Origin: Botryllus schlosseri
Taxonomy: Eukaryota
Assembly (NCBI GenBank): GCA_051294905.1
Contig: CM119373.1
Location: 5,396,001-5,460,000, forward strand
Reading direction: 5' to 3'
Length of the DNA stretch: 64,000 bases
The notes under the pieces are model-generated. The model searched no databases, had not been told where the DNA came from, and worked only from the letters and a program-made list of their open reading frames with translations. Shown one piece after another: positions 50,538 to 63,563 of the stretch. Position numbers and translations under genes: made by a program. Positions within the stretch are counted from its first letter, which is position 1, and every line of letters begins with the position of its first letter.

Positions 50538-53231
50538 AAAGACTACTCATCTGTTTATATGTAAAAAAAATGGACATTCACCGAATAGTGAGTCCACGCT
50601 CTTGGCCATCGTTTGCTAAGACACGTGATCAAGACTGAGGAATTCGCAGTTATTTCATTTCGGATGATAATTGTATATATAGTATTTTACATTCCAAATC
50701 ACCATAATCGTGGGTGCGTATCAACAATGAACAACAAAAGAGTCCAAACAACTGTTAGGAGGATTGCTCATAGATATATTACACTGTTTTTTTTTTCGCC
50801 AGGACTTCCTTGTGCTCCATCACACCACGTATTCAGATAATATATATGTCGATTATTACTACTTTTCGGGGTAATCAACAAGATGTTGCCTAGATTTTTG
50901 TCATGTTTCAAGGTCTCTTTCACTTCTACCTGAGCAGTACTTTGGAATACTTATTGACTTTTGCAATTAAGATTTCAAAAAGTCGGGAGTAGTCTAGGGA
51001 TAAGATTGCACCATTCTCCTCATTTAAACTGTCATTAGAATTGCGTGAAATAGACCCTGAATTACGGTAACTGAATGTGTGTCTTCGAAGATTCTATCAA
51101 AGTAGGGTAGTGTGTAATTATAGTCGTTTTGCGTTATCCCAGACCCCGTAACCAAATATACTTAGATAAACACTGACGTCTCATACGTCTCAAATTGAAT
51201 GACAAAGCTTCAGAAGTGACGAGTGCCTGATTTACCTTTGATTGTTATCGACGTAATTTAATGAAAAAATCACTTCAACAATCAAACTATATCGACTTAG
51301 TTCGTTACTGACCCCGTCTTGTTTGTAGGCCCTCAAGGCACGAATAGGCTCTTTCCTGAACCGCGAAATACGGATTTAAACTAGTTGACTGATAAGATAT
51401 GTATATTTGACGAAATGAGTGTAATGAAATATATGTTCGGCGTACGTACAAATTGTCATGCTTGCACACGCGAAGCTTTCAACTGAACCCCATCTGAAGT
51501 TGTTTTTTTAACACGACGAGGAATGTCAAAAGAAAACCCCTGGATCTCCGGTGGAAGGCTGACATTGTCTCTCGTTGTCTTTTGCGAGTCTTCTCAGACA
51601 TATATCCAACCAATCACATACCTATTTTGCATATCTTGTTTGTTTGTGGGATTTATGATGCTTGTCGACAAATATGTGGTCATTTATACGAGACAAATTT
51701 TCTTCATTTTGATTCCGTAGCTGTCGGCTTGTAGCCCGGCCCAAATCTATGCTTTGATAGAACACCGCTTACACGGATGAGATGGCAAGGAGGAGCATAG
51801 ATAAACCTTCAACACGTAGGTAGTAATTCTGGAGTCGACATCAGTTAGACCGGAACCCGCAACCCAATAATGTTGCAGCTGTGGATTATAACACTGCGCT
51901 AAGCCAATATTTGCATCAATAAGATGTATGTGAATAGTCCTATAGCCTACATGTTAATTGTCGAGAGTAGGATATTTAAACTGCCGTACCTTTTGTGCAA
52001 AACATGCTATCGATCTGAGGTCTAAAACACGCGGCACGCGAGAACATTTTGTGCCGTCCGCGACGTCTGTTTTAATTTTCAAGCATTCAACAATATATTC
52101 AACTGCAACATATCTTTCTTAGGTGTGAAAACACAAAGTTTACCCTAGAACTATTCCAAAAACGTGAAATGTCATCAAACGTCACTATCACAACACTGTC
52201 AAAAGCTATCATGCGGTGGAAGATCAGCTATTATTTCACATTTCTAGTTCATAATGATAAAACATGGCCCGTTGATGATTCGTGACTGAAAATTGTGATT
52301 TGGACTTGGGCACGACCGTCCGTAAAATTATTCGAATTCGAACTCAATGGGTTATAAAATAAAAATGTTCAATCACAGGACTTGTTACTCGGAACGCCAT
52401 GACCCGGTACGGTCACGGACGCAACAGACCATCAAACTGTGTTAGGGAATAGTAATGTATCAACAGTTAGTAGCTTTCGTTGTGTGTAGCGTATCTAATC
52501 AGGACAGCATGGAAGCCACTGGCATTCTGTTGCCCCATGATAGATATAGTTAGTGACATCCTGTGTGATATTTGATCTCTTTATCCATATTATTATCGTC
52601 GGTGGCACGTAAGAGTGGTGCGATTCACAGCTGTAACACCAATGAATTAGGCTGTAATCGGACATTTCTATTCCAGGGATTCTTAACCACGGGTACGTAA
52701 ACCCCTTCGAGGTACAAAGCATTAGTGGGTACGAGATACATTGTGGAAATAGTCCTGTATGCTATCTAGAGCTTGAAATTATTTTGCAAACCGACAAAAG
52801 GCGTATTATTTTCTTGGCTAATTTATTCACCCGAAAAAAATTCTTGGCGCGATGCGCAATTTTATTTGAATAGGCTTTTTCATTTTGATATAGTTGCAAT
52901 CAGTTGTGTCGAAAATGGACAGGGGTACGATCGTTAGAAATGTTAAGAAACACTGATATCGCTATCACTCAATAATAATCATTATATATAAGTAAGTTGT
53001 TTTTGATCAGTTCCAATTGCTGATTTAATTTGACCTTGGCAATGAAATGAACATTAGCCTACTTATCGGGACTATACCAGAAATCCGGATTGGGCTTCAC
53101 TGCTCAAATGCTCTGATATTAGATCAATACTTGGTGAATTCCAAAATATTCTACTGGGGTCTACGATACGCATCGTAGGCCCCGATTCCACCTATAATTG
53201 TGGAACGTCAAATGACCGCTTGCTGTAATAA

Positions 53232-55721
53232 CACTGGTCAACACAGTTTTTGTTGACTTTGATCAGGCAATTGATTTTGACTAACTTTTAGGCGCTGAAT
53301 TCAAAAATAGCTTCCGTTTTTTCTCTATCACGTCAAGTTTGTGGGTTAGGCACCCCCAACATTGCCTCAAAACCCACATAATAGCACTACTTTTAATACT
53401 TTGTGTTTATTGCATAAAGCATTTCAAAAACTACAACCAGTCGAAAGTAAATCATTAGACTTCAAATAAACATTTGCACTGCTTTATTTGGTTGATTTAA
53501 ACTGATATTGCTTGCACAGGACAAATAAAGTGCGAGTTTCAGGGTCCAAATTCACGCTAATAACCCATAATTCTAGTTTGATACTCGAGCAATAGTCAAC
53601 TAACATATATAAGCTCCGATCTACTCTGGAATCTTATCCCCATCATCTTCAGATGTTGGGGACGTTTTCTCCTTGGCCATCTCTGACTATGTCAAGGTTT
53701 TCAGGGAAATTATTAAGATATTTTAGTTTTTGTTAATATCTGCTGTCCGACATAAACATATGGCAGTGGCACATGTGTATCAGGGTTGCATGTGCTCTGC
53801 ATTCTTATAGTCCGAAAAACAAAGAAAACACAATATTTCAAAGCTGACACATATGATCCAATAGTGCTCATGATATTGCAACAATTCTATGTTTCTGTAT
53901 TGTTCTCAAGGTGTCTGTATTTGTTCAAGAAGACTTACATAGTGTGCAATTGTTACTGCACCCAAGACGTAGCCATTTTAGAGAATGTCACACTTCAGGA
54001 TCCTTTTTTAGCTACCTATAGGCATTTGTCATTCACTTGAGTTCTATATGTCGATTCCTAACTCCTCCAGTAATCCATGGTAACAGTATAATGCCAATAC
54101 CAGTATCAAGGCAATACCAAAATGCTACCGAAAGTAGGCCGGCGAATAAAAGGTTGATTCTCTTGATCGAAAGTGAGATACCTTCTCTACTTTGCCAAGT
54201 AATCTTTTCCCACTTCGTAAGGATGTTAAAAGTTCCGAAAATTTCTATTCCAAGTCCCAAAGCCTATGCCAGATCAATAACTTGTGTTGATTGACTACTC
54301 TACATTCTGAATCATCTTCAATTTCAAAATCTACATCATTAGGCCTGCCATTCCTAAGATCTTCATCTTGATCCAAATTATCGAGCATATAGCAGTTTAA
54401 AGTTACACTGAATAAGCTGAATGGGGCATTGGAACTATATCTGATAGTAAATGGAATGTTTATATTTCTTGCCATATCCTGCAGTTTGCATCATATATGT
54501 GTGTGAAATATCCTCGGATGGTTGCTTCCTCTAATCAAAAATGGGAGAAAGCATCGGCCTAGATCAGGGGCGGGCAACTTCTTCAGTCGACGGGCCGGAT
54601 ATAGGAAAATTAAGTATTTGGTGGGCCGGATTGCTGAATCGATACATTATTCGCACATTTACCCAGTTATTCAAAGAAAAAAAATCGTATTTAATGAATG
54701 TATTTAACCGAGAGCAATGTCACGTCAAAGTCATTTCTCGCCGATATTAACGAAGACAATGTGGATTTGAGGACAGCATCGTCATGAATATGAAGCCGCC
54801 ATCTCTGATCAATCAACACACGGTGCAATCCTTAATTAGGATTTCAAGGCGTCTGATAAGCCCGGTACCTCAAATTTACCAAGATATCAATTCATTCGGG
54901 TTGAGTAGGTGACGAGATAGCGTCGTTGTTCAACTATGTGGCTTATTTTATCTCGATATTGAATTCATGCGGCCCGCGGCCTCTACGAAATTTGAGAAGT
55001 GGCCTGCGACCCGTTTTTGAGTTGGCGACCCCTGACATAAGCGGTATCCTACAAAAGCTTAGAAGTGTGCCGTGCTACAAGTCGGCGGTTGCGGAATCAA
55101 AAATATGAAATATCGGCCTGGTGCAAATAACCATTGTAATCGACAAACACCATGATTACCACAAACGACATTACAGTTGAGTATATCCCGTAAATGCCGA
55201 TAATGCAGGTTTTCCCGCTTGTCGAACTTGAGCGTAAGCTCCACTCTCGCAAGCTGCGCATGCGCATACACATATATAATAACGTACAGTCACTAAAATT
55301 TGACGCAGTAAGCAACTAGTGGGGAATCTCGACAGACTGGGGCCGCAAGCCACAGTATTATGTAAGACGGAAAACTGTCCGCGGGCCAGACAAAATCCCT
55401 TCGCGGGCCGGATTCGGCCCTCGGGCCGTATGTTGCCCGCCCCTGGCCTAGATCGATACCGCTACATTTATTCTTAATAATGCAATTGAACCCATGGCTA
55501 GATAAATTATTATATGGTAAAAGTGTGGATTTTTATATGGTATGGAAAACCAATATGGCTACATTTTGCAATTTGCATACTTTGGGCATATGTCGTAGAG
55601 CAAAAACCTGACGTGATAGAAGAAAACCACTGGCATTTCTGGAATCAACACGCCAAAATTAGCCGAAATCAAGTGCAAAATCCAAATCAACAAATTTTTT
55701 GTTCAAAATTGTTGCCCAGTG
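53232..55721 (-). mobile_element. Non-autonomous Chapaev3-like DNA transposon, second copy
   Basis: CACTGG...CCCAGTG termini, TAA on both flanks; minus-strand relic GAVTIAHYVSLLEQ...IELLQYHEHYWIICVS. Confidence 0.78.
54565..55445. mobile_element. hAT MITE inside the second Chapaev3 copy
   Basis: CAGGGGCGGGCAAC...GTTGCCCGCCCCTG; exact TSD GCCTAGAT; empty site at ~6278-6285. Confidence 0.88.
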
Positions 55722-56742
55722 TAATATAACGCGACAGCATTTACGATGTCGGGATGCATTCGTCCTCTCGCATGGTGTCTATAACTGATTATTTAATTAC
55801 TATTGTACAATTCAGACCCAGAACAAAAACAATTTTATTCAAATATTTGAAAATATCATTCTTTTCTTCTTAGTACAATAGTAAATTACATTTTCACGAT
55901 GTTTGTGGAATGCCAGTCTGCAAGGTCCCGTCAAGTAACGCCTACTTGGAAAATATACATTGAAGACCCAAATTGATGCTGTGACCCGCGGCGTTATCAC
56001 AAACTGTGGAATTGGCCTGCCAACACATCTGACTTTGAGACCTCTGCTATAGATAGATTAGTACAATATGGGAGTAGGTAGCATCATATTACTCAATACC
56101 AGCATGATTTTAATTTGCTCATATTTGAACAGGTCACGGTGTCACTATAATGTGAGTCTCGTAAATTTGTTATGATTGATGATAATAGTTCAACAAAAGT
56201 TAAATTTCGAACGTTCGCACGCGGAAATGGATTGCATTATGAATGATCTCGCGCATCGCAACCTATACAAGGCATAAAAAGATATTCAATTTATTTCAAC
56301 ACACAAATACAATTTAGATTGCAGCATGAGGAAATACCATTTAAGCCATTGCGTCAGTCAATGTAGTTATGATACAAAGGTAATACCGCTTATATGTGTT
56401 GCTTATATCGAAAAGCGTTCAAATCAAGCCGAAATACGACGCAGGAAGTCGGAGCAATGGCCTTGTATTCAATACTCTATGCGGGATTGACCTGGACCGC
56501 CTTGCTTGTAGATGTATGCTACTCTTCGGGTATGTATTAACCAGCGACCTGAGTGATTATGGACAATGTTTATTAATGATGGTGCGAAACCCCGGAAGGT
56601 TCAGTTTCGTGTGAACGCGAACCTTTTTGAAAGTTTCTGTGTGAGCGCGAATGTGAACCTATGACGTCACGTATTGTCATACCGCTACTTCCAACGCTAC
56701 ATTTCTATGAAGTGATTTAATAATGTACAGTACTACGTACAC

Positions 56743-57249
56743 CGGGGCTGTTCAAAAATAACTGTTTTCCTCGGATTCCAGCCATTCACGGATTAAATTG
56801 TCAGGTTACCCAAATAATGGCTGCACACCAAATTTGGTTCAATTCTAACAAGTATAAGACTCCGCAGATCCAATTAAAAATTTTAATTTATTGGGCAAAA
56901 TCAAGAAGAAAAATTTTCACATTTTTTTGTCAACCGCATGAAATTGTTGAGCTATCTTCAAATACGATGCAAAACAAATTAGACTCAATTCTAACTAGTA
57001 GAAGCGGAGTTATTTGAGTTTTTCGTTGATAATTCTCGGATTATCCTTGGTCGGTGGATAATATGGTTGACAGGAAAATTTGATTTTTTTTAATTTTCCC
57101 AAATAAATTAAGTATTTTAATTGGATTCGCGGAGTCATAAATTTGTTAGAATTGAACCAAATTTGGTGTGCAGCGTTTTTTAGGGTAACCTGACAATTTA
57201 ATCAGTGAATGGCTGGAATCCGGAAATAAGTTATCTTTGAACAGCCCTA
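56743..57249. mobile_element. Palindromic hAT-type MITE nested in another MITE
   Basis: GGGCTGTTCAAA...TTTGAACAGCCC long inverted arms; exact TSD ACGTACAC; related to 34563-35226 and the degenerate ~44183-44555. Confidence 0.85.
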
Positions 57250-57690
57250 ACGTACACGATACTTGGCGACAACTCAGGCCACATTATGTCACAATGCTGA
57301 AATACATGTTGACTTTTTAAACGTGGACAAATTTATCAACTGTTACAATCAAATGATATAATAATCCCATAAAATCCATGTCATCGTCGCTTTGCCAACA
57401 ACTTCGACGAGAACTTGCAAGGGAATATATGCTTGAGATTAAACGGTCTGGGTCACACCATCCCTGATATTTACATAGTTGCCCACTATTGAAATTCCAC
57501 TTTCGCTAGCGAAACGATATGAAAAGCATGATTCACGGAATGCGTGAGCTCTGACATTGTGCTCGATCTTGCTCGGTGCAATCTTGAGTCACGCATGAAT
57601 GTCAAAAATAAATTTTAAAGTTGTATTTCCATCTGACTGGACGTATATCAGTGAGGAATGCATATACTTTCGGACTCGAATCTGACCAAA

Positions 57691-57933
57691 ATGTATCAAT
57701 TTTGTGGCTGGTTCTGTATTGTGAGCAAATAGTTGCAGAGCTTCGTTTCGCTTTCATAATTGGAATATAATTGAATATGAATTTGATCCAGTATCGGTTT
57801 ACAGTCTTGATGCAACCATTTATGAAGTCATCTACTTCCGCAAAGTCTAATTCAAGTCAACCTCCTAATATTTATTCAGATGGCTTTTGCTCCAGAAACT
57901 ACATCAACGGACATTGGACCTCAGCAGGGAATT
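57691..57933 (+). CDS. Tentative first two coding exons of gene 3 (57691-57720, 57880-57933)
   Basis: ATG...TGTATT|gtgagc (MYQFCGWFCI) and tattcag|ATGGCT...GGAATT|gtgagg (MAFAPETTSTDIGPQQGI); both end in phase 0, compatible with 58465; speculative. Confidence 0.3.
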
Positions 57934-58464
57934 GTGAGGTCAGTATCCCCTATGTTTCGTAGTTTTTTCATCAATAATGCATAAAATAGCAATTTCTCAT
58001 GAGCTTCAGACTACCCAATTTCCAGTAATACAATCTCGCATATTGTACTATGATTTTTGCAGTGCATCATTCTAAACCAATAGACTGCTATCATTCGTGA
58101 CTGACGCATTGTAAACGAACATTGCGTATTGTTCACGGATCCCACCGTCCCATGGGCTGTAAATAGAGTCATCAGCACGACATCTGGTACCAAATTTCGC
58201 AGTCACACTATTTTGAGTCTATGTGAAAAAATAAATGCCCGATTTCGAATGGAGATATATCCGATCGGTAAGAAGGCGCAAACGTGGTAACGTATAAAGA
58301 TTCTACTACAACCTGGTATATATCTGAATATCAAATTGTGCATTTGGATGATTTACATTTCACTAACTGAAACTGGAATACGCGATGGCATGGCGTTTTT
58401 TTCGTCATGTATGAAATTTTGTACTCCTAAAGCTGTGCTCATCACTATTAATCGCTTCTTCCAG

Positions 58465-58543
58465 GACGGAACAGCGCTTGAAGATATTATGGCCAATTTA
58501 AAAACGCTATCGGAAGAAGAAATTTCCTCGACCACGCATTCCG
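58465..58543 (+). CDS. Stalk exon (79 nt, phase 0-1), gene 3
   Basis: cttcttccag|GACGGAACA...CATTCCG|gtaatt; DGTALEDIMANLKTLSEEEISSTTHS. Confidence 0.55.
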
Positions 58544-58819
58544 GTAATTTCGCCATTTCTTGAGTTAACATATACCGAGGACACTAGCGAAGTATCTCCA
58601 TCGGTGACATTGTACCACTTTCATCAGAATTTGCCGCATACGTGTGTCAAACGTGGATAAAGCTATATTTCCGATCCCTTTTTTTGGAAACTTGCCAGTT
58701 TGAACGGATTTTCTCTTCCTTTATCTTTTGACATCTCCAAAGGGGTTGATACAGCGGACGAACACCCCAAGTAGCACCTCGTTACTTGGACTTTGAATAA
58801 CAAGAGATTAATTGTTCAG

Positions 58820-58906
58820 AACGATATACGGAACGATGTGGTCAATCGGACACGGTGGATGTGGAAGAAGTTTCGACAACGACCAATGTTGGTGGGATTT
58901 CTTCAG
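58820..58906 (+). CDS. Stalk mini-exon (87 nt, phase 1-1) with GC donor, gene 3
   Basis: ttgttcag|AACGATAT...TCTTCAG|gcaagt; (E)RYTERCGQSDTVDVEEVSTTTNVGGISS; same length and phase as the other 87-nt exons. Confidence 0.65.
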
Positions 58907-59526
58907 GCAAGTCGTGTCTATCGACTAGCACGGGAGTGGGCAGCCTCTGACCGCCTATAAATAATCATCCGACCGTGTATGCATAATTGAATTAGCAAGT
59001 GTTAGCGGCAGCAATTTGAATTTACAGATGTACTCCCAAATTGTTGAGATTTACGATGACGCTAGTTACGGTGACTTGATTTGTCTGTGGAAATATAGCA
59101 ATATCCTTGCGATATGAGTCCCGCCTTACAAATGCGAGACGCAGAGGAAAATGACGCGCCCGTGAAGAAATACCAATTTGGAGTCGTGTACGTCTCATGA
59201 AGGTTTTCGTGGTATACCTTTGACTTGAGCTTTGTTAGTATATCGTTTGACCAAACCAAAAATCTTTACGGGGGTTTAAAAAAACAGCATGAAACAAAGT
59301 GATTATTAACAACTCAAAGATTCATCACCGTTACATATGTGCCCAAAATTGTCGAAGAGAACCCCTGTTGGTGTAGGGCGTACCAACAAATTCTCTGGTC
59401 CGACTCCGTCCGACGACTACTTAGTCATATACTTGAAGCTGACGAGGTAGCGTAGTGGTATGATCTCCAGCTGCAACAATAATGGGTTGAGGGTGTGAGT
59501 GCGACCGAGTTCGAGTCCAGAATTTC

Positions 59527-60659
59527 TAGTGGTGCCACTCCTAGTGTTTTAACACTAGATCTAGTGTTTTTTCGGTCGTCCTAGCGTTCCAGTGTTTTTT
59601 TCGCAAAATTTTGCTAATCTAGTGTTTTTCTGCAACTATGCATATAATCAATATTCTAACGTTAGACTACTAAATTATAAGCTAAATTTATCGCTAATGA
59701 GGCGATTCTGTGTTTGTTTTCAACAATTCCATGTGGTGGTGCAGTAACAAGCAATTATTACGTAACAGGGTCCGCTGTGAATCCGTACTTATAAGCGAAA
59801 GTTAATGAAAAAATGAAGAGCGATTTCGCTCTGATGCTCTGTCGTTTCTTGTTGAACTCAGGCTGCAGATTCGGGCAAGATTTTCATTTGCCGAGACAGA
59901 CGGACAGTTTTATTGAACAAAATTGAAATAAAAATACCATTCGTGCTGCAGCGATACGATCCTTCGGAATTCCCGCGGATCACCCAGCCAGCTGCATTGA
60001 TGGAGTGCTAATTAAGCATTGTTCAATTCGAGTCTCGCGTCATCAATAAATATTGAAAAAATGTAAGCTGGCAGAAGAATAGTAAAATCAATCATTCTTC
60101 TAGCTGCGCAATTTCCCTCTGTGATATTATTTGATGAACTTTAACTTTGGCCAGATCGCAAAATGAGCTGCAGGTTATCAGTCAATGCCCTCCAACAGAA
60201 TTTTTGCAAAAATTGAAATCTGTGCACAATGGATTCGGTGAATCAAAATTCCATTTACTGGAGAAGCTCATGACGAATCTCTTGGCATTGCCACATTCCA
60301 CTGCATTCGTGGAATTGGAGTATGCTGCACATGGAAACCTCCCTATTTTTTTGGTTGAAGATGTGCGGTAGAGAGCAAGATGCCCCACAAAAAATACTTA
60401 TGTTTGATGGATGGTGTACATCGAAAGAAAATTTTTATGATGCCGCACAATTCCAAAGCGACATATTTGATTTTTTTGCGCTGTTGAATTCGTTTCATTA
60501 ATTTTCCTTGAATAATCATGCATATGTATCGAATTCATGGGTGGAACACTTCCTATCTGTGGATTTGTACCTTGGTCATCATGATTACTTGGCAAGGGCA
60601 AATCTTTCCTGCAATTTACTAATCTTGTGTTTTTCCGGGAACTTAAAGTGGCAACACTG
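59527..60659 (+). mobile_element. hAT deletion derivative retaining a C-terminal dimerisation-domain fragment, inserted in a SINE
   Basis: TAGTGGTGCCAC...GTGGCAACACTG termini; ORF 60147-60371 EFLQKLKSVHNGFGESKFHLLEKLMTNLLALPHSTAFVE resembles the hAT C-terminal motif (LxLPHSxAxVER). Confidence 0.7.
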
Positions 60660-60731
60660 TTCCTACCTATATCAGTGTTGACGGTTTATCTAGATTCTAG
60701 ACTCTTCCTCACGATCTGATCCGGTCAGGTC

Positions 60732-61973
60732 TAGCGTTGGGACCCCGGGAAATCCCGATCCCGGGATTCCGGGATTTGAAGTAATCTCGATCCCGGGATT
60801 AATCCCAATGAAATCCCGGGATTTGTAAAAAGCATCTACCAAGGCTTACGTAGCGCCATATATCTTATTTTGGTAATGAAGCAGTGTCACAAACTCCGCT
60901 GATTGTCTAAAACAGTGGTCTCAAACACGCTGCCCTTGAGAACATATCGCTCACATAATAAGTAGAAATGCTTAACAACAGTTTATAGTTACCAGCCAAG
61001 ATAGTGAATAGATACGAATTGATGAAATGCAATACATTACGCATTTACAAATCGATATGATACAATTCGAGCCTGTGCCAATGGTTGAGGACTATATAAA
61101 CTATATTCGAATTCAGTTTCAATAAAACAATAGGTTTGGTTAAGGTAAAAACAGAGAACAGAATTTACTTTACTATACTAGTTTATGACAACGTAAGCTG
61201 TAAGCTTCGATCACTTCGTTTGCGGTCAATTAATTTGTGAGATAATAATGGAGGCTGAGTATAACGCACGATCAATAAATGATTGGTCGCTCTCACGGGT
61301 TACACCATCGTTTGGCGAACATATGCAAGATACAGTGATTTTGATCGACACCGATTACTTGATGATTTGAAATTGACTCGTGAATTTTGCTCCGAGTCAC
61401 GATTCAATCCACATTTCTTATAGGCCGAGTCAAGTCAATTCATACGAAAAAGGTGACTCGAGTCTGACTTGAGTTAAATCATGACTCGAGTCATCCCAAC
61501 ACCGGTGTCAAACTGTCTATAACTCATTATTTTGCCAAATTATGCCAAGCACAAAAATATTTTTTAATAAAATATTTAAAAACATTACTTTATCGTGGCA
61601 AACGTGATTATTACATTCGTGAATCACATTTTCACAATTTTTATTGAATGCCAGTCAGCAAGGTCCGTCAAATAAGGCCTATATTTGGAAATACATATTG
61701 TACCTCTATTTGATGCTGCGGCCCACCGCGTCATCAGAAACTACGGGAAATTGGCCGCGAGCAAGTTTGAGTTAGAAACCCGTGGTCGAGACGATGATAC
61801 GCTTGCTGCTCTTATGTTTTGGGTCAATATTACAAGGAATAAATGTTGTTTGTGTAGCTTGTATGTGTATTTTACTACTTTTCTAATCCCGGGAAATCCC
61901 GGGATTGAGAAGCGAGAATCCCGGGAAATCCCGATCCCGGGATTTCAAATTTGATCCCGAAGTCCCAACCCTA
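60732..61973. mobile_element. hAT MITE with CCCGGGA subterminal repeats
   Basis: TAGCGTTGGGAC...GTCCCAACCCTA; exact TSD GTCAGGTC. Confidence 0.85.
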
Positions 61974-62225
61974 GTCAGGTCATGTTGTGCGGCCGTGACG
62001 TGATTTTAGATTTCGCCAGAACGTTAAGAAAAGAATTTTGAAATGGTGAAATTGATTTCAGTTGCAAAAAATCGCGAAACTTGCGCTAATCACAGCACAG
62101 GTTTTGTGGCCACAAGAGCTTGTCTACTACTACATATTGGACGATATATACATGATTGTGATATGTAATAATGGCGGTGTGTGACAATTTCTGATTGCAG
62201 TTAAGTTGTACTTTCCTGTTTTTAG

Positions 62226-62312
62226 AGAAACCGATAGAAAGCAAAATAGTAGCTACTACAGTTGAACTTGAAGGGGTTTCGACAGTTACCACCGCAGGCG
62301 ACAATACTACAA
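62226..62312 (+). CDS. Thr-rich stalk mini-exon (87 nt, phase 1-1), gene 3
   Basis: cctgtttttag|AGAAACCG...ACTACAA|gtgagt; (E)KPIESKIVATTVELEGVSTVTTAGDNTT; A+CT joins in frame to 63564. Confidence 0.8.
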
Positions 62313-63563
62313 GTGAGTGCTGTCATATACCTATCGCCGTAGCCGGTGCGCAATAACGGAAATTACATATCATCTATCGACCACACCAGGTTGAATACCA
62401 TACTATTGTTTATCATTCCTTTGGACCAGTAATTATTAACCTTTTTAGCGGTGGTATCCCTTGAACTGCCATGAAATTTTTCCCGTGCCCCCTATCCACG
62501 ATTAAAAAGCAGTTTTTGAAGCAGCCCCAAAAACGTTGGTTTTTGGGCTCAGTATAGGGTTTCAACACGACTTCTGTGGATTTTTGGAACAGGAGACGTA
62601 GCAGCGACTGAAGATATTAGTGTCGAAGGTTTCGCCAACGTGCTGTGTTTTAGGTTCCTAAAGTTTATCACTACCGATCTCTTTGGCAATGCGGTCTACG
62701 TGGTCGCAGGTGCACCGAAACGTCATGGGTCTTGGTCTTTCTGGTGCGGAAGTTACGACCAGAGCCGAAATGCCGGAGTGGGACACTCCCGCTCCAGTAG
62801 ATTTCCCACCCCTGGACTAAAGCACCCCAACGGCTTGATGTTTCCAGTCTCTTGTAATTACGATTAATGCTAGACTCGTTTCTTTAACTTAGGTTTTATT
62901 TTTATTAATAGCCTACTCTTATGTTGTTGTAGGGGCTGGCATACCGAAATTTAAAGAAAAAATTCTCTTAAAAGAAAATCGCGCGAAGCGCGATGAAAAT
63001 ATCCGATTTGAAGAAATTCAATGAATAATATTCCACTTTTATTATGATTTGCAAAATAATTGATATCATAAAATAGCGTACGATTTCGCACTGCATCCCG
63101 TACCCATACCTTGGTGCCTCGCACCCCCATGAGGTCCATTGACTCCTGGTTGAGTACATCTGCGTTATGCCGTGTTTCAATGGGACAGGTATATGTAAGT
63201 TTAGTTGCCTCCCACAAGGAAAAGTTTTGAAATTTGAATTGAGTGCAATATTAATCCATTAAAGTACTCACAAAGGACATATTCGCCCTGCGGAATAAAT
63301 TGAAAGAATTGGTAAAGTATTAATTATCCATATTGAACGAGTTGTAGGTTGTCCAATTTCAATAATCGATGTACAACCATATTCTTCATCAACTGGCGTC
63401 GTAGTATGTTGAGTTGATACAGACACTTCCTTCAGCTGGCTTATACGAAATACGTGTTCGTCATTCAAATGTAATGATTAAATAATAATATACCAAACAC
63501 TTACTGAAATGCCGTTTTAAGTTTGAGCAAACATCATCATAAAACAAGGCATCTCCTTTTCAG

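Noticed and set aside
50233..50577. Antisense ORFs over coding exons (also 16819-17064, 45781-46011, 11440-11688, 62086-62304)
   Set aside because: Shadows of the + strand exons with no independent motifs
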